In this document: positions 37,701 to 49,200 of the stretch, one piece after another
How the letters are laid out: each line of letters starts with the position of its first letter
Numbering within the stretch: position 1 is the stretch's first letter
Source: Eledone cirrhosa
Taxonomy: Eukaryota
NCBI GenBank assembly: GCA_964016885.1
Contig: OZ024744.1
Span: 127,472,001 to 127,536,000, forward strand
DNA: 64,000 bases
Direction: 5' to 3'
Program-made: the position numbers and the translations under genes
Notes under the pieces: generated by a model
Told to the model about the DNA's origin: nothing
Databases searched by the model: none
What the model saw: only the letters and a program-made list of their open reading frames with translations

Positions 37701-40700
37701 TAAGTTGGGGTTAAGTTAAGTTGGGGTTAATTTAAGTTGGGGTTGAGTTAATTTGGGTTTAAGTTAAGTTGGGCTTAACTTAAGTTGGGGTTAAGTTGGG
37801 GTTAAGTTAAGTTGGGGTTAAGTTAAGTTGGGGGTAAGTTAAGTTGGGGGCAAGTTATGTTGGGGTTAATTTAAGTTGGGCTTAAGTTAAGTTGGGGTTA
37901 TGTTAAATTGGGGTTAAGTTATGTTGGGGTTAAGTTAAGTTGGGGGTAACTTAAGTTGGGGTTAAGTTAAGTTGAGGGTAAGTTAAGTTGAGGGTAAGTT
38001 AAGTTGAGGTTAAGTTAAGTTGGGGTTAAGTTAAGTTGGGGGTAAGTTAAGTTGGGGGTAAGTTAAGTTGGGGTTAAGTTAAGTTGGGGTTAAATTAAGT
38101 TGAGGTTAAGTTAATTTGGGGTTAAGTTAAGTTGGGGTTAAGTTAAGTTGGGGTTAAATTAAGTTGGGGTTCAATTAAGTTGGGGTTAAATTAAGTTGGG
38201 GTTAAGTTAAGTTGGGGTTAAGTTAAGTTGGTGTTAAGGTAAGTTGGGGTTATGTTAAGTTGGGGCTAAGTTAAGTTGGGGCTAAGTTAAGTTGGGGCTG
38301 AGTTAAGTTGGGGTTAGGTTAAGTTGGGGTTGAGTTAAGTTGGGGTTAAGTTAAGTTGGGATTAAGTTAAGTTGGGGTTGAGTTAAGTTCGGCTTGAGTT
38401 AAGTTGGGGTTAAGTTAAGTTGGGGTTAATTTAAGTTGGGGTTAAGTTAAGTTGGGGTTAAGATAAGTTGGGGTTAAGTTAAGTTGGGGTTAAGTTAAGT
38501 TGGGGTTGAGTTAATTTGGGGTTAAGTTAAGTTGGGGCTAACTTAAGTTGGGGTTAAGTTAAGTTGGGGGTAGGTTAAGTTGGGGGCAAGTTAAGTTGGG
38601 GTTAAGGTAAGTTGGGGTTAAGTTAAGTTGGGGGTAAGTTAAGTCGGGGTTAAGTTAAGTTGGGGTTAAGTTAAGTTGGGTTTAAGTTAAGTTGGGGCTA
38701 AGTTAAGTTGGGGCTAAGTTAAGTTGGGGCTGAGTTAAGTTGGGGGTAAGTTAAGTTGGGGTTAATTTAAGTTGGGGTTGAGTTAATTTGGGTTTAAGTT
38801 AAGTTGGGCTTAACTTAAGTTGGGGTTAAGTTGGGGTTAAGTTAAGTTGGGGGCAATTAAGTTGGGGTTAATTTAAGTTGGGGTTAAGTTAAGTTGGGGT
38901 TATGTTAAGTTGGGGTTAAGTTAAGTTGGGGTTAAGTTAAGTTGGGGTAACTTAAGTTGGGGTTAAGTTAAGTTGAGGGTAAGTTAAGTTGAGGGTAAGT
39001 TAAGTTGAGGTTAAGTTAAGTTGGGGTTAAGTTAAGTTGGGGTTAAGTTAATTTGGGGTTAAATTAAGTTGGGGTTAAGTTAAGTTGGGGTTCAGTTAAG
39101 TTGGGGTTAAATTAAGTTGGGGTTCAGTTAAGTTGGGGTTAAATTAAGTTGGGGTTAAGTTAAGTTGGGGTTAGTTAAGTTGGGGTTAAGTTAAGTTGGG
39201 GTTAAGTTAAGTTGGGGTTAAGTTAAGTTGGGGTTAAGTTAAGTTGGCGTTAAGTTAAGTTGGGGTTAAGTTAAGTTGGGGTTAAATTAAGTTGGGGTTA
39301 AGTTAAGTTGGGGTTAATTTAAGTTGGGGTTAAGTTAAGTTGGGGTTAAGTTAAGTTGGAGTTAAGTTAAGTTAGGGTTAAGTTAAGCTGGGGGTAAGTT
39401 AAGTTGGGGTTAAGTTAAGTTGGGGTTAAGTTAAGTTGGGGTTAAGTTAAGTTGGGGTTAAGTTAAGTTGGAGTTAAGTTAAGTTGGAGTTAAGTTAAGT
39501 TAGGGTTAAGCTAAGTTGGGGTTCAGTTAAGTTGGGGTTAAGTTAATTTGGGGCTGAGTTAAGTTGGGGTTAAGTTAATTTCGGGTTGAGTTAAGTTGGG
39601 GTTGAATTAAGTTGGGGTTAAGATAAGTTGGGGTTAAGTTAAGTTGGGGTTAATTTAAGTTGGGGTTGAGTTAATTTGGGTTTAAGTTAAGTTGGGCTTA
39701 ACTTAAGTTGGGGTTAAGTTGGGGTTAAGTTGGGGTTAAGTTGGGGTTAAGTTAAGTTGGGGGTAAGTTAAGTTGGGGGCAAGTTAAGTTGGGGTTAATT
39801 TAAGTTGGGGTTAAGTTAAGTTGGGGTTATGTTAAGTTGGGGTTAATTTAAGTTGGGGTTAAGTTAAGTTGGGGGTAACTTAAGTTGAGGGTAAGTTAAG
39901 TTGAGGGTAAGTTAAGTTGAGGGTAAGTTAAGTTGAGGTTAAGTTAAGTTGGGGTTAAGTTAAGTTGGGGGTAAGTTAAGTTGGGGGTAAGTTAAGTTGG
40001 GGTTAAGTTAAGTTGGGGGTAAGATAAGTTGGGGCTAAGTTAAGTTGGGGCTAAGTCAAGTTGGGGTTAAGTCAAGTTGAGGTTAACTTAAGTTGGGGTT
40101 AAGTTAAGTTGGGGTTAACTTAAGTTGGGGTTAAGGTAAGTTGGGGTTAAGTTAAGTTGGGGCTAAGTTAAGTTGGGGCTGAGTTAAGTTGGGGTTAAGT
40201 TGGGGTTAATTTAAGTTGGGGTTAAGTTAAGTTGGGGTTAAGTTAAGTTCGGGTTGAGTTAAGTTGGGGTTAAGTTAAGTTGGGGTTAATTTAAGTTGGG
40301 GTTAATTAAGTTGGGGTTAAGATAAGTTGGGGTTAAGTTAAGTTGGGGTTAAGTTAAGTTGGGGTTGAGTTAATTTGGGGTTAAGTTAAGTTGGGGTTAA
40401 CTTAAGTTGGGGTTAAGTTAAGTTGGGGTTAAGTTAAGTTGGGGGTAAGTTAAGTTGGGGGCAAGTTGAGTTGGGGTTAAGTTAAGTTGGGGTTAAATTA
40501 AGGTGGGGGTAAGTTAAGTTGGGGGTAAGTTAAGTTGGGGTTAAGTTAAGTTGGGGTTAAGTTAAGTTGGGTTTAAGTTAAGTTGGGGCTAAGTTTAGTT
40601 GGGGCTAAGTTAAGTTGGGGCTGAGTTAAGTTGGGGTTAAGTTAAGTTGGGGTTGAGTTAAGTTGGGGTTATCTTAAGTTGGGGTTAAGTTGGTGTTAAG

Positions 40701-43700
40701 TTAAGTTGGGGTTAAATTAAGTTGGGGGTTAGTTAAGTTGGGGCAAGTTAAGTTGGGGTTAATTTAAGTTGGGGTTAAGTTAAGTTGGGGTTATGTTAAG
40801 TTGGGGGTAAGTTAAGTTGAGGGTAAGTTAAGTCGGGGTTAAGTTAAGTTGGGGTTAAATTAAGTTGGGGGTAAGTTAAGTTGGGGGTAAGTTAAGTTGG
40901 GGTTAAGTTAAGTTGGGGTTAAATTAAGTTGAGGTTAAGTTAAGTTGGGGGTAAGATAAGTTGGTCCTAAGTTAAGTTGGGGCTAAGTCAAGTTGGGGTT
41001 AAGTCAAGTTGAGGTTAACTTAAGTTGGGGTTAAGTTAAGTTGGGGTTAAGTTAAGTCGGGGTTAAGTTAAGTTGGGGTTAAGGTAGGTTGGGGTTATGT
41101 TAAGTTGGGGCTAAGTTAAGTTGGGGCTAAGTTAAGTTGGGGCTGAGTTAAGTTGGGGTTAAGTTAAGTTGGGGTTGAGTTAAGTTGGGGTTTAGTTAAG
41201 TTGGGGTTAATTTAAGTTGGGGTTAAGTTAAGTTGGGGTTAAGATAAGTTGGGGTTAAGTTAAGTTGGGGTTAAGTTAAGTTGGGGTTGAGTTAATTTGG
41301 GGTTAAGTTAAGTTGGGGTTAACTTAAGTTGGGGTTAAGTTGGGGTTAAGTTAAGTTGGGGGTAGGTTAAGTTGGGGGCAAGTTAAGTTGGGGTTAAGTT
41401 AAGTTGGGGTTAAGTTAAGTTGGGGGTAAGTTAAGTCGGGGTTAAGTTAAGTTGGGGTTTAGTTAAGTTGGGTTTAAGTTAAGTTGGGGCTAAGTTAAGT
41501 TGGGGCTAAGTTAAGTTGGGGCTGAGTTAAGTAGGGGGTAAGTTAAGTTGGGTGTAAGTTAAGTTGGGGTTCAGTTCAGTTGGGGTTAAGTTAAGTTGGG
41601 GTTAAGTTAAGCTGGGGTTAAGTTAAGTTGGGGTTAAGTTAAGTTAGGGTTAATTTCAGTTGGGGTTAACTTAAGTTGGGGTTAAGTTAAGTAAGGGTTA
41701 ATTTAAGTTGGGGTTATGTTAAGTTGGGGTTAAGTTAAGTTGGGGTTAAGTTAAGTTGGTGTTAAGTAAAGTTGGGGTTAAGTTAAGTTGTGGGTTAAGT
41801 TAAGTTGGGGTTAAGTTAAGTTGGGGTTAAGTTAAGTTGGTGTTAAGTAAAGTTGGGCTTAAGTTAAGTTGGGTTTGAGTTAAGTTGGGTCTAAGTTAAG
41901 TTAGGGTTAATTTAAGTTGGGGTTATGTTAAGTTGGGGTTAAGTTAAGTTGGGGCTAGGTTAAGTTGGGTCTAAGTTAAGTTGGGATTAAGTTAAGTTGG
42001 GGTTAAGTTAAGTTGGGGTTAAATTAAGTTGGGGTTAAGTTAAGTTGGGGTTAAGCTAAGTTGGGGTTAAGTTAATTTGCGGTTAAGTTAGGTTGTTGGT
42101 TAATTTAAGTTGGGGGTAAGTTAAGTTGGGGGTAAGTTAAGTTGGGGTTAAGTTAAGTTGGGGTTAAGTTAAGTTGGGGTTAAGTTAAGTTGTGGTTAAG
42201 TTCAGTTGGGGTTAAGTTAAGTTGGGGTTAAGTTAAGCTGGGGGTAAGTTAAGTTGGGTGTAAGTTAAGTTGGGGTTAAGTTAAGTTGGGGTTAAGTTAA
42301 GTTGGGGTTAAATTAAGTTGGGGTTAAGTTAAGTTGGGGTTATGTTAAGTTGGGGTTAAGTTAAGTTGGGGTTAAGATAAGTTGGGGTTAAGTTAAGTTG
42401 AGGTTAAGTTAAGTTGGAGTTAAGTTAAGTTGGGGTTAAGCTAAGTTGGGGTTAAGTTAATTTGCGGTTAAGTTAGGTTGTGGGTTAAGTTAAGTTGGGG
42501 TTAAGTTAAGCTGGGGTTAAGTTGGGGTAAGTTAAGTTGGGGGTAAGTTAAGTTGGGGTTAAGTTAAGTTGGGGTTAAGTTAAGTTGGGGTTAAGTTAAG
42601 TTGGGGTTGAGTTAAGTTGAGGTTGAGTTAAGTTGGGGTTAAGTTAAGTTGGGGTTAACTTAAGTTGGGGTTAAGTTAAGTTGGGGGTAAGTTAAGTTGG
42701 GGGCAAGTTAAGTTGGGGTTAAGTTAAGTTGGGGTTAAGTTAAGTTGGGGTTAAGTTAAGTTGGGGTTAAGTTAAATTGGGGTTAAGTTAAGTTAGGGTT
42801 AATTTCAGTTGGGGTTATGTTAAGTTGGGGTTAAGTTAAGTTGGGGTTAAGTTAAAGTTGGGGTTAAGTTAAGTTGGGGTAAAGTTAAGTTAGGGTTAAG
42901 TTAAGTTGGGGTTAAGTTAAGTTGGGGTTAAATTAAGTTGGGGTTAAGTTAAGTTGGGGTTAAGTTAAGTTGGGGTTAAATTAAGTTGGGGTTCACTTAA
43001 GTTGGGGTTAAATTAAGTTGGGGTTAAGTTAAGTTGGGGTTAGTTAAGTTGGGGTTAAGTTAAGTTGGGGTTAAGTTAAGTTTGGGTTAAGTTAAGTTGG
43101 GGTTAAGTTAAGTTGGCGTTAAGTTAAGTTGGGGTTAAGTTAAGTTGGGGTTAAATTAAGTTGGGGTTAAGTTAAGTTGGGGTTAATTTAAGTTGGGGTT
43201 AAGTTAAGTTGGGGTTAAGTTAAGTTGGAGTTAAGTCAAGTTGGGGTTAAGTCAAGTTGGGGTTAAGTCAAGTTGGGGTTAAGTCAAGTTGGGGTTAAGT
43301 TAAGTTGGGGTTAAGTTAAGTTGGGGTTAAGTTAAGTTGGGGGTAAGTTAAGTTGGGTGTAAGTTAAGTTGGGGTTAAGTTAAGTTGGGGTTCAGTTCAG
43401 TTGGGGTTAAGTGAAGTTGGGGTTAAGTTAAGATGGGGGTAAGTTAAGTTGGGGTTAAGTTAAGTTGGGGTTAAGTTAAGTTGGGGTTAAGTTAAGTTGG
43501 GGTTAAGTTAAGTTGGAGTTAAGTTAAGTTGGAGTTAAGTTAAGTTGGGGTTAAGCTAAGTTGGGGTTCAGTTAAGTTGGGGTTAAGTTAATTTGGGGCT
43601 GAGTTAAGTTGGGGTTAAGTTAAGTTCGGGTTGAGTTAAGTTGGGGTTAAGTTAAGTTGGGGTTAAGTTAAGTTGGGGTTAAGTTAAGTTGGGGTTAAGA

Positions 43701-46236
43701 TAAGTTGGGGTTAAGTTAAGTTGGGGTTAATTTAAGTTGGGGTTGAGTTAATTTGGGTTTAAGTTAAGTTGGGCTTAATTTAAGTTGGGGTTAAGTTGGG
43801 GTTAAGTTAAGTTGGGGTTAAGTTAAGTTGGGGGTAAGTTAAGTTGGGGGCAAGTTAAGTTGGGGTTAATTTAAGTTGGGGTTAAGTTAAGTTGGGGTTA
43901 TGTTAAGTTGGGGTTAAGTTAAGTTGGGGTTAAGTTAAGTTGGGGGTAACTTAAGTTGGGGTTAAGTTAAGTTGAGGGTAAGTTAAGTTGAAGGTAAGTT
44001 AAGTTGAGGTTAAGTTAAGTTGGGGTTAAGTTAAGTTGGGGGTAAGTTAAGTTGGGGGTAAGATAAGTTGGGGCTAAGTTAAGTTGGGGCTAAGTCAAGT
44101 TGGGGTTAAGTCAAGTTGAGGTTAACTTAAGTTGGGGTTAAGTTAAGTTGGGGCTATGTTAAGTTGGGGTTAAGTTAAGTTGGCGTTAAGTTAAGTTGGG
44201 GTTAAGTTAAGTTGGGGTTAAGGTAAGTTGGGGTTAAGTTAAGTTGGGGTTCAGTTAAGTTGGGGTTAAGTTAATTTGGGGCTGAGTTAAGTTGGGGTTA
44301 AGTTAAGTTCGGGTTGAGTTAAGTTGGGGTTAAGTTAAGTTGGGGTTAAGTTAAGTTGGGGTTAAGTTAAGTTGGGGTTAAGATAAGTTGGGGTTAAGTT
44401 AAGTTGGGGTTAATTTAAGTTGGGGTTGAGTTAAGTTGGGGTTAAGTTAAGTTCGGGTTGAGTTAAGTTGGGGTTAAGTTAAGTTGGGGTTAAGTTAAGT
44501 TGGGGTTAAGTTAAGTTGGGGTTAAGATAAGTTGGGGTTAAGTTAAGTTGGGGTTAATTTAAGTTGGGGTTGAGTTAATTTGGGTTTAAGTTAAGTTGGG
44601 CTTAACTTAAGTTGGGGTTAAGTTGGGGTTAAGTTAAGTTGGGGTTAAGTTAAGTTGGGGTTAAGTTAAGTTGGGGGTAAGTTAAGTTGGGGGCAAGTTA
44701 AGTTGGGGTTAATTTAAGTTGGGGTTAAGTTAAGTTAGGGTTATGTTAAGTTGGGGTTAATTTAAGTTGGGGTTAAGTTAAGTTGGGGGTAACTTAAGTT
44801 GAGGGTAAGTTAAGTTGAGGGTAAGTTAAGTTGAGGGTAAGTTAAGTTCAGGTTAAGTTAAGTTGGGGTTAAGTTAAGTTGGGGGTAAGTTAAGTTGGGG
44901 GTAAGTTAAGTTGGGGTTAAGTTAAGTTGGGGTTAAGTTAAGTTGAGGTTAAGATAATTTGGGCTTAAGTTAAGTTGGGGTTAAGTTAAGTTGGGGGTAA
45001 GATAAGTTGGGGCTAAGTTAAGTTGGGGCTAAGTCAAGTTGGGGTTAAGTCAAGTTGAGGTTAACTTAAGTTGGGGTTAAGTTAAGTTGGGGTTAAGTTA
45101 AGTTGGGGTTAAGGTAAGTTGGGGTTAAGTTAAGTTGGGGCTAAGTTAAGTTGGGGCTAAGTTAAGTTGGGGCTGAGTTAAGTTGGGGTTAAGTTGGGGT
45201 TGAGTTAAGTTGGGGTTAAGTTAAGTTGGGATTAAGTTAAGTTGGGGTTAAGTTAAGTTCGGGTTGAGTTAAGTTGGGGTTAAGTTAAGTTGGGGTTAAT
45301 TTAAGTTGGGGTTAAGTTAAGTTGGGGTTAAGATAAGTTGGGGTTAAGTTAAGTTGGGGTTAAGTTAAGTTGGGGTTGAGTTAATTTGGGGTTAAGTTAA
45401 GTTGGGGTTAACTTAAGTTGGGGTTAAGTTAAGTTGGGGTTAAGTTAAGTTGGGGGTAAGTTAAGTTGGGGTTAAGTTAAGTTAGGGTTAATTTAAGTTG
45501 GGGTTATGTTAAGTTGGGGTTAAGTTAAGTTGGGGTTAAGTTAAGTTGGTGTTAAGTAAAGTTGGGGTTAAGTTAAGTTGTGGGTTAAGTTAAGTTGGGG
45601 TTAAGTTAAGTTGGGGTTAAGTTAAGTTGGTGTTAAGTAAAGTTGGGCTTAAGTTAAGTTGGGTTTGAGTTAAGTTGGGGCTAAGTTAAGTTAGGGCTTA
45701 GTTAAGTTGGGGTTAAGTTAAGTTGGGGCTAGGTTAAGTTGGGTCTAAGTTAAGTTGGGGTTAAGTTAAGTTGGGGTTAAGTTAATTTGGGGTTAAATTA
45801 AGTTGGGGTTAAGTTAAGTTGGGGTTAAGCTAAGTTGGGGTTAAGTTAATTTGCGGTTAAGTTAGGTTGTGGGTTAAGTTAAGTTGGGGGTAAGTTAAGT
45901 TGGGGGTAAGTTAAGTTGGGGTTAAATTAAGTTGGGGTTAAGTTAAGTTGGGGTTAAGTTAAGTTGGGGTTAAGTTAAGTTGGGGTTAAGTTAAGTTGGC
46001 GTTAAATTAAGTTGGGGTAAAGTTAAGTTGGGGTTAAGTTAAGTTGGGGTTAAGTTAAGTTGGGGTTAAGTTAAGTTGGGGTTAAGTCAAGTTGGGGTTA
46101 AGTTAAGTTGGGGTTAAGTTAAGTTGGGTGTAAGTTAAGTTGGGGTTAAGTTAAGTTGTGGTTAAGTTCAGGTGGGGTTAAGTTAAGTTGGGGTTAAGTT
46201 AAGCTGGGGGTAAGTTAAGTTGGGTGTAAGTTAAGT

Positions 46237-49200
46237 TGGGGTTAAGTTAAGTTGGGGTTAAGTTAAGTTGGGGTTAAATTAAGTTGGGGTTAAGTTAGGT
46301 TGGGGTTATGTTAAGTTGGGGTTAAGTTAAGTTGGGGTTAAGATAAGTTGGGGTTAAGTTAAGTTGAGGTTAAGTTAAGTTGGAGTTAAGTTAAGTTGGG
46401 GTTAAGCTAAGTTGGGGTTAAGTTAATTTGCGGTTAAGTAAGGTTGTGGGTTAAGTTAAGTTGGGGTTAAGTTAATTTGGGGTTAAGTTGGGGTAAGTTA
46501 AGTTGGGGGCAAGTTAAGTTGGTGTTAAGTTAAGTTGGGGTTAAGTTAAGTTGGGGTTAAGTTAAGTTGGGGTTAAGTTAAGTTGGGGTTGAGTTAAGTT
46601 GGGGTTGAGTTAAGTTGGGGTTAAGTTAAGTTGGGGTTAAGTTAAGTTGGGGTTACGTTAAGTTGGGGGTAAGTTAAGTTGGGGGCAAGTTAAGTTGGGG
46701 TTAAGTTAAGTTGGGGTTAAGTTAAGTTGGGGTTAAGTTAAGTTGGGATTAAGTTAAGTTGGGGTTAAGTTAAGTTAGGGTTAATTTCAGTTGGGGTTAT
46801 GTTAAGTTGGGGTTAAGTTAAGTTGGGGTTAAGTTAAAGTTGGGGTTAAGTTAAGTTGGGGTAAAGTTAAGTTAGGGTTAAGTTAAGTTGGGGTTAAGTT
46901 AAGTTGGGGTTAAATTAAGTTGGGGTTAAGTTAAGTTGGGGTTAAGTTAAGTTGGGGTTAAGTTAAGTTGGGGTTCAGTTAAGTTGGGGTTAAATTAAGT
47001 TGGGGTTAAGTTAAGTTGGGGTTAGTTAAGTTGGGGTTAAGTTAAGTTGGGGTTAAGTTAAGTTGGGGTTAAGTTAAGTTGGGGTTAAGTTAAGTTGGCG
47101 TTAAGTTAAGTCGGGGTTAAGTTAAGTTGGGGTTAAATTAAGTTGGGGTTAAGTTAAGTTGGGGTTAATTTAAGTTGGGGTTAAGTTAAGTTGGGGTTAA
47201 GTTAAGTTGGAGTTAAGTCAAGTTGGGGTTAAGTCAAGTTGGGGTTAAGTCAAGTTGTGGTTAAGTCAAGTTGGGGTTAAGTTAAGTTGGGGTTAAGTTA
47301 AGTTGGGGTTAAGTTAAGTTGGGGGTAAGTTAAGTTGGGTGTAAGTTAAGTTGGGGTTCAGTTCAGTTGGGGTTAAGTTAAGTTGGGGTTAAGTTAAGCT
47401 GGGGGTAAGTTAAGTTGGGGTTAAGTTAAGTTGGGGTTAAGTTAAGTTGGGGTTAAGTTAAGTTGGAGTTAAGTTAAGTTGGAGTTAAGTTAAGTTGGGG
47501 TTAAGCTAAGTTGGGGTTAAGTTAAGTTGGGGTTAATTTAAGTTGGGGTTGAGTTAAGTTGGGGTTAAGTTAAGTTCGGGTTGAGTTAAGTTGGGGTTAA
47601 ATTAAGTTGGGGTTAAGATAAGTTGGGGTTAAGTTAAGTTGGGGTTAATTTAAGTTGGGGTTGAGTTAATTTGGGTTTAAGTTAAGTTGGGCTTAACTTA
47701 AGTTGGGGTTAAGTTGGGGTTAAGTTAAGTTGGGGTTAAGTTGGGGTTAAGTTAAGTTGGGGGTAAGTTAAGTTGGGGGCAAGTTAAGTTGGGGTTAATT
47801 TAAGTTGGGGTTAAGTTAAGTTGGGGTTATGTTAAGTTGGGGTTAATTTAAGTTGGGGTTAAGTTAAGTTGGGGGTAACTTAAGTTGAGGGTAAGTTAAG
47901 TTGAGGGTAAGTTAAGTTGAGGGTAAGTTAAGTTGAGGTTAAGTTAAGTTGGGGTTAAGTTAAGTTGGGGGTAAGTTAAGTTGGGGGTAAGTTAAGTTGG
48001 GGTTAAGTTAAGTTGGGGGTAAGATAAGTTGGGGCTAAGTTAAGTTGGGGCTAAGTCAAGTTGGGGTTAAGTCAAGTTGAGGTTAACTTAAGTTGGGGTT
48101 AAGTTAAGTTGGGGTTAACTTAAGTTGGGGTTAAGGTAAGTTGGGGTTAAGTGAAGTTGGGGCTAAGTTAAGTTGGGGCTGAGTTAAGTTGGGGTTAAGT
48201 TGGGGTTAATTTAAGTTGGGGTTAAGTTAAGTTTCGGTTAAGTTAAGTTCGGGTTGAGTTAAGTTGGGGTTAAGTTAAGTTGGGGTTAATTTAAGTTGGG
48301 GTTAATTAAGTTGGGGTTAAGATAAGTTGGGGTTAAGTTAAGTTGGGGTTAAGTTAAGTTGGGGTTGAGTTAATTTGGGGTTAAGTTAAGTTGGGGTTAA
48401 CTTAAGTTGGGGTTAAGTTAAGTTGGGGTTAAGTTAAGTTGGGGGTAAGTTAAGTTGGGGGCAAGTTGAGTTGGGGTTAAGTTAAGTTGGGGTTAAATTA
48501 AGGTGGGGGTAAGTTAAGTTGGGGGTAAGTTAAGTTGGGGTTAAGTTAAGTTGGGGTTAAGTTAAGTTGGGTTTAAGTTAAGTTGGGGCTAAGTTTAGTT
48601 GGGGCTAAGTTAAGTTGGGGCTGAGTTAAGTTGGGGTTAAGTTAAGTTGGGGTTGAGTTAAGTTGGGGTTATCTTAAGTTGGGGCTAAGTTGGTGTTAAG
48701 TTAAGTTGGGGTTAAATTAAGTTGGGGGTTAGTTAAGTTGGGGCAAGTTAAGTTGGGGTTAATTTAAGTTGGGGTTAAGTTAAGTTGGGGTTATGTTAAG
48801 TTGGGGGTAAGTTAAGTTGAGGGTAAGTTAAGTCGGGGTTAAGTTAAGTTGGGGTTAAATTAAGTTGGGGGTAAGTTAAGTTGGGGGTAAGTTAAGTTGG
48901 GGTTAAGTTAAGTTGGGGTTAAATTAAGTTGAGGTTAAGTTAAGTTGGGGGTAAGATAAGTTGGTCCTAAGTTAAGTTGGGGCTAAGTCAAGTTGGGGTT
49001 AAGTCAAGTTGAGGTTAACTTAAGTTGGGGTTAAGTTAAGTTGGGGTTAAGTTAAGTCGGGGTTAAGTTAAGTTGGGGTTAAGGTAAGTTGGGGTTATGT
49101 TAAGTTGGGGCTAAGTTAAGTTGGGGCTAAGTTAAGTTGGGGCTGAGTTAAGTTGGGGTTAAGTTAAGTTGGGGTTGAGTTAAGTTTGGGTTAAGTTAAG

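Larger units (their letters stand above)
23940..39951 (+). repeat. Tandem duplication of an 8,006-bp block (23,940-31,945 and 31,946-39,951)
   Basis: Markers exactly 8,006 apart: 23,986/31,992, 24,400/32,406, 25,595/33,601, 27,458/35,464, 29,028/37,034, 30,226/38,232, 31,598/39,604. Confidence 0.93.
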
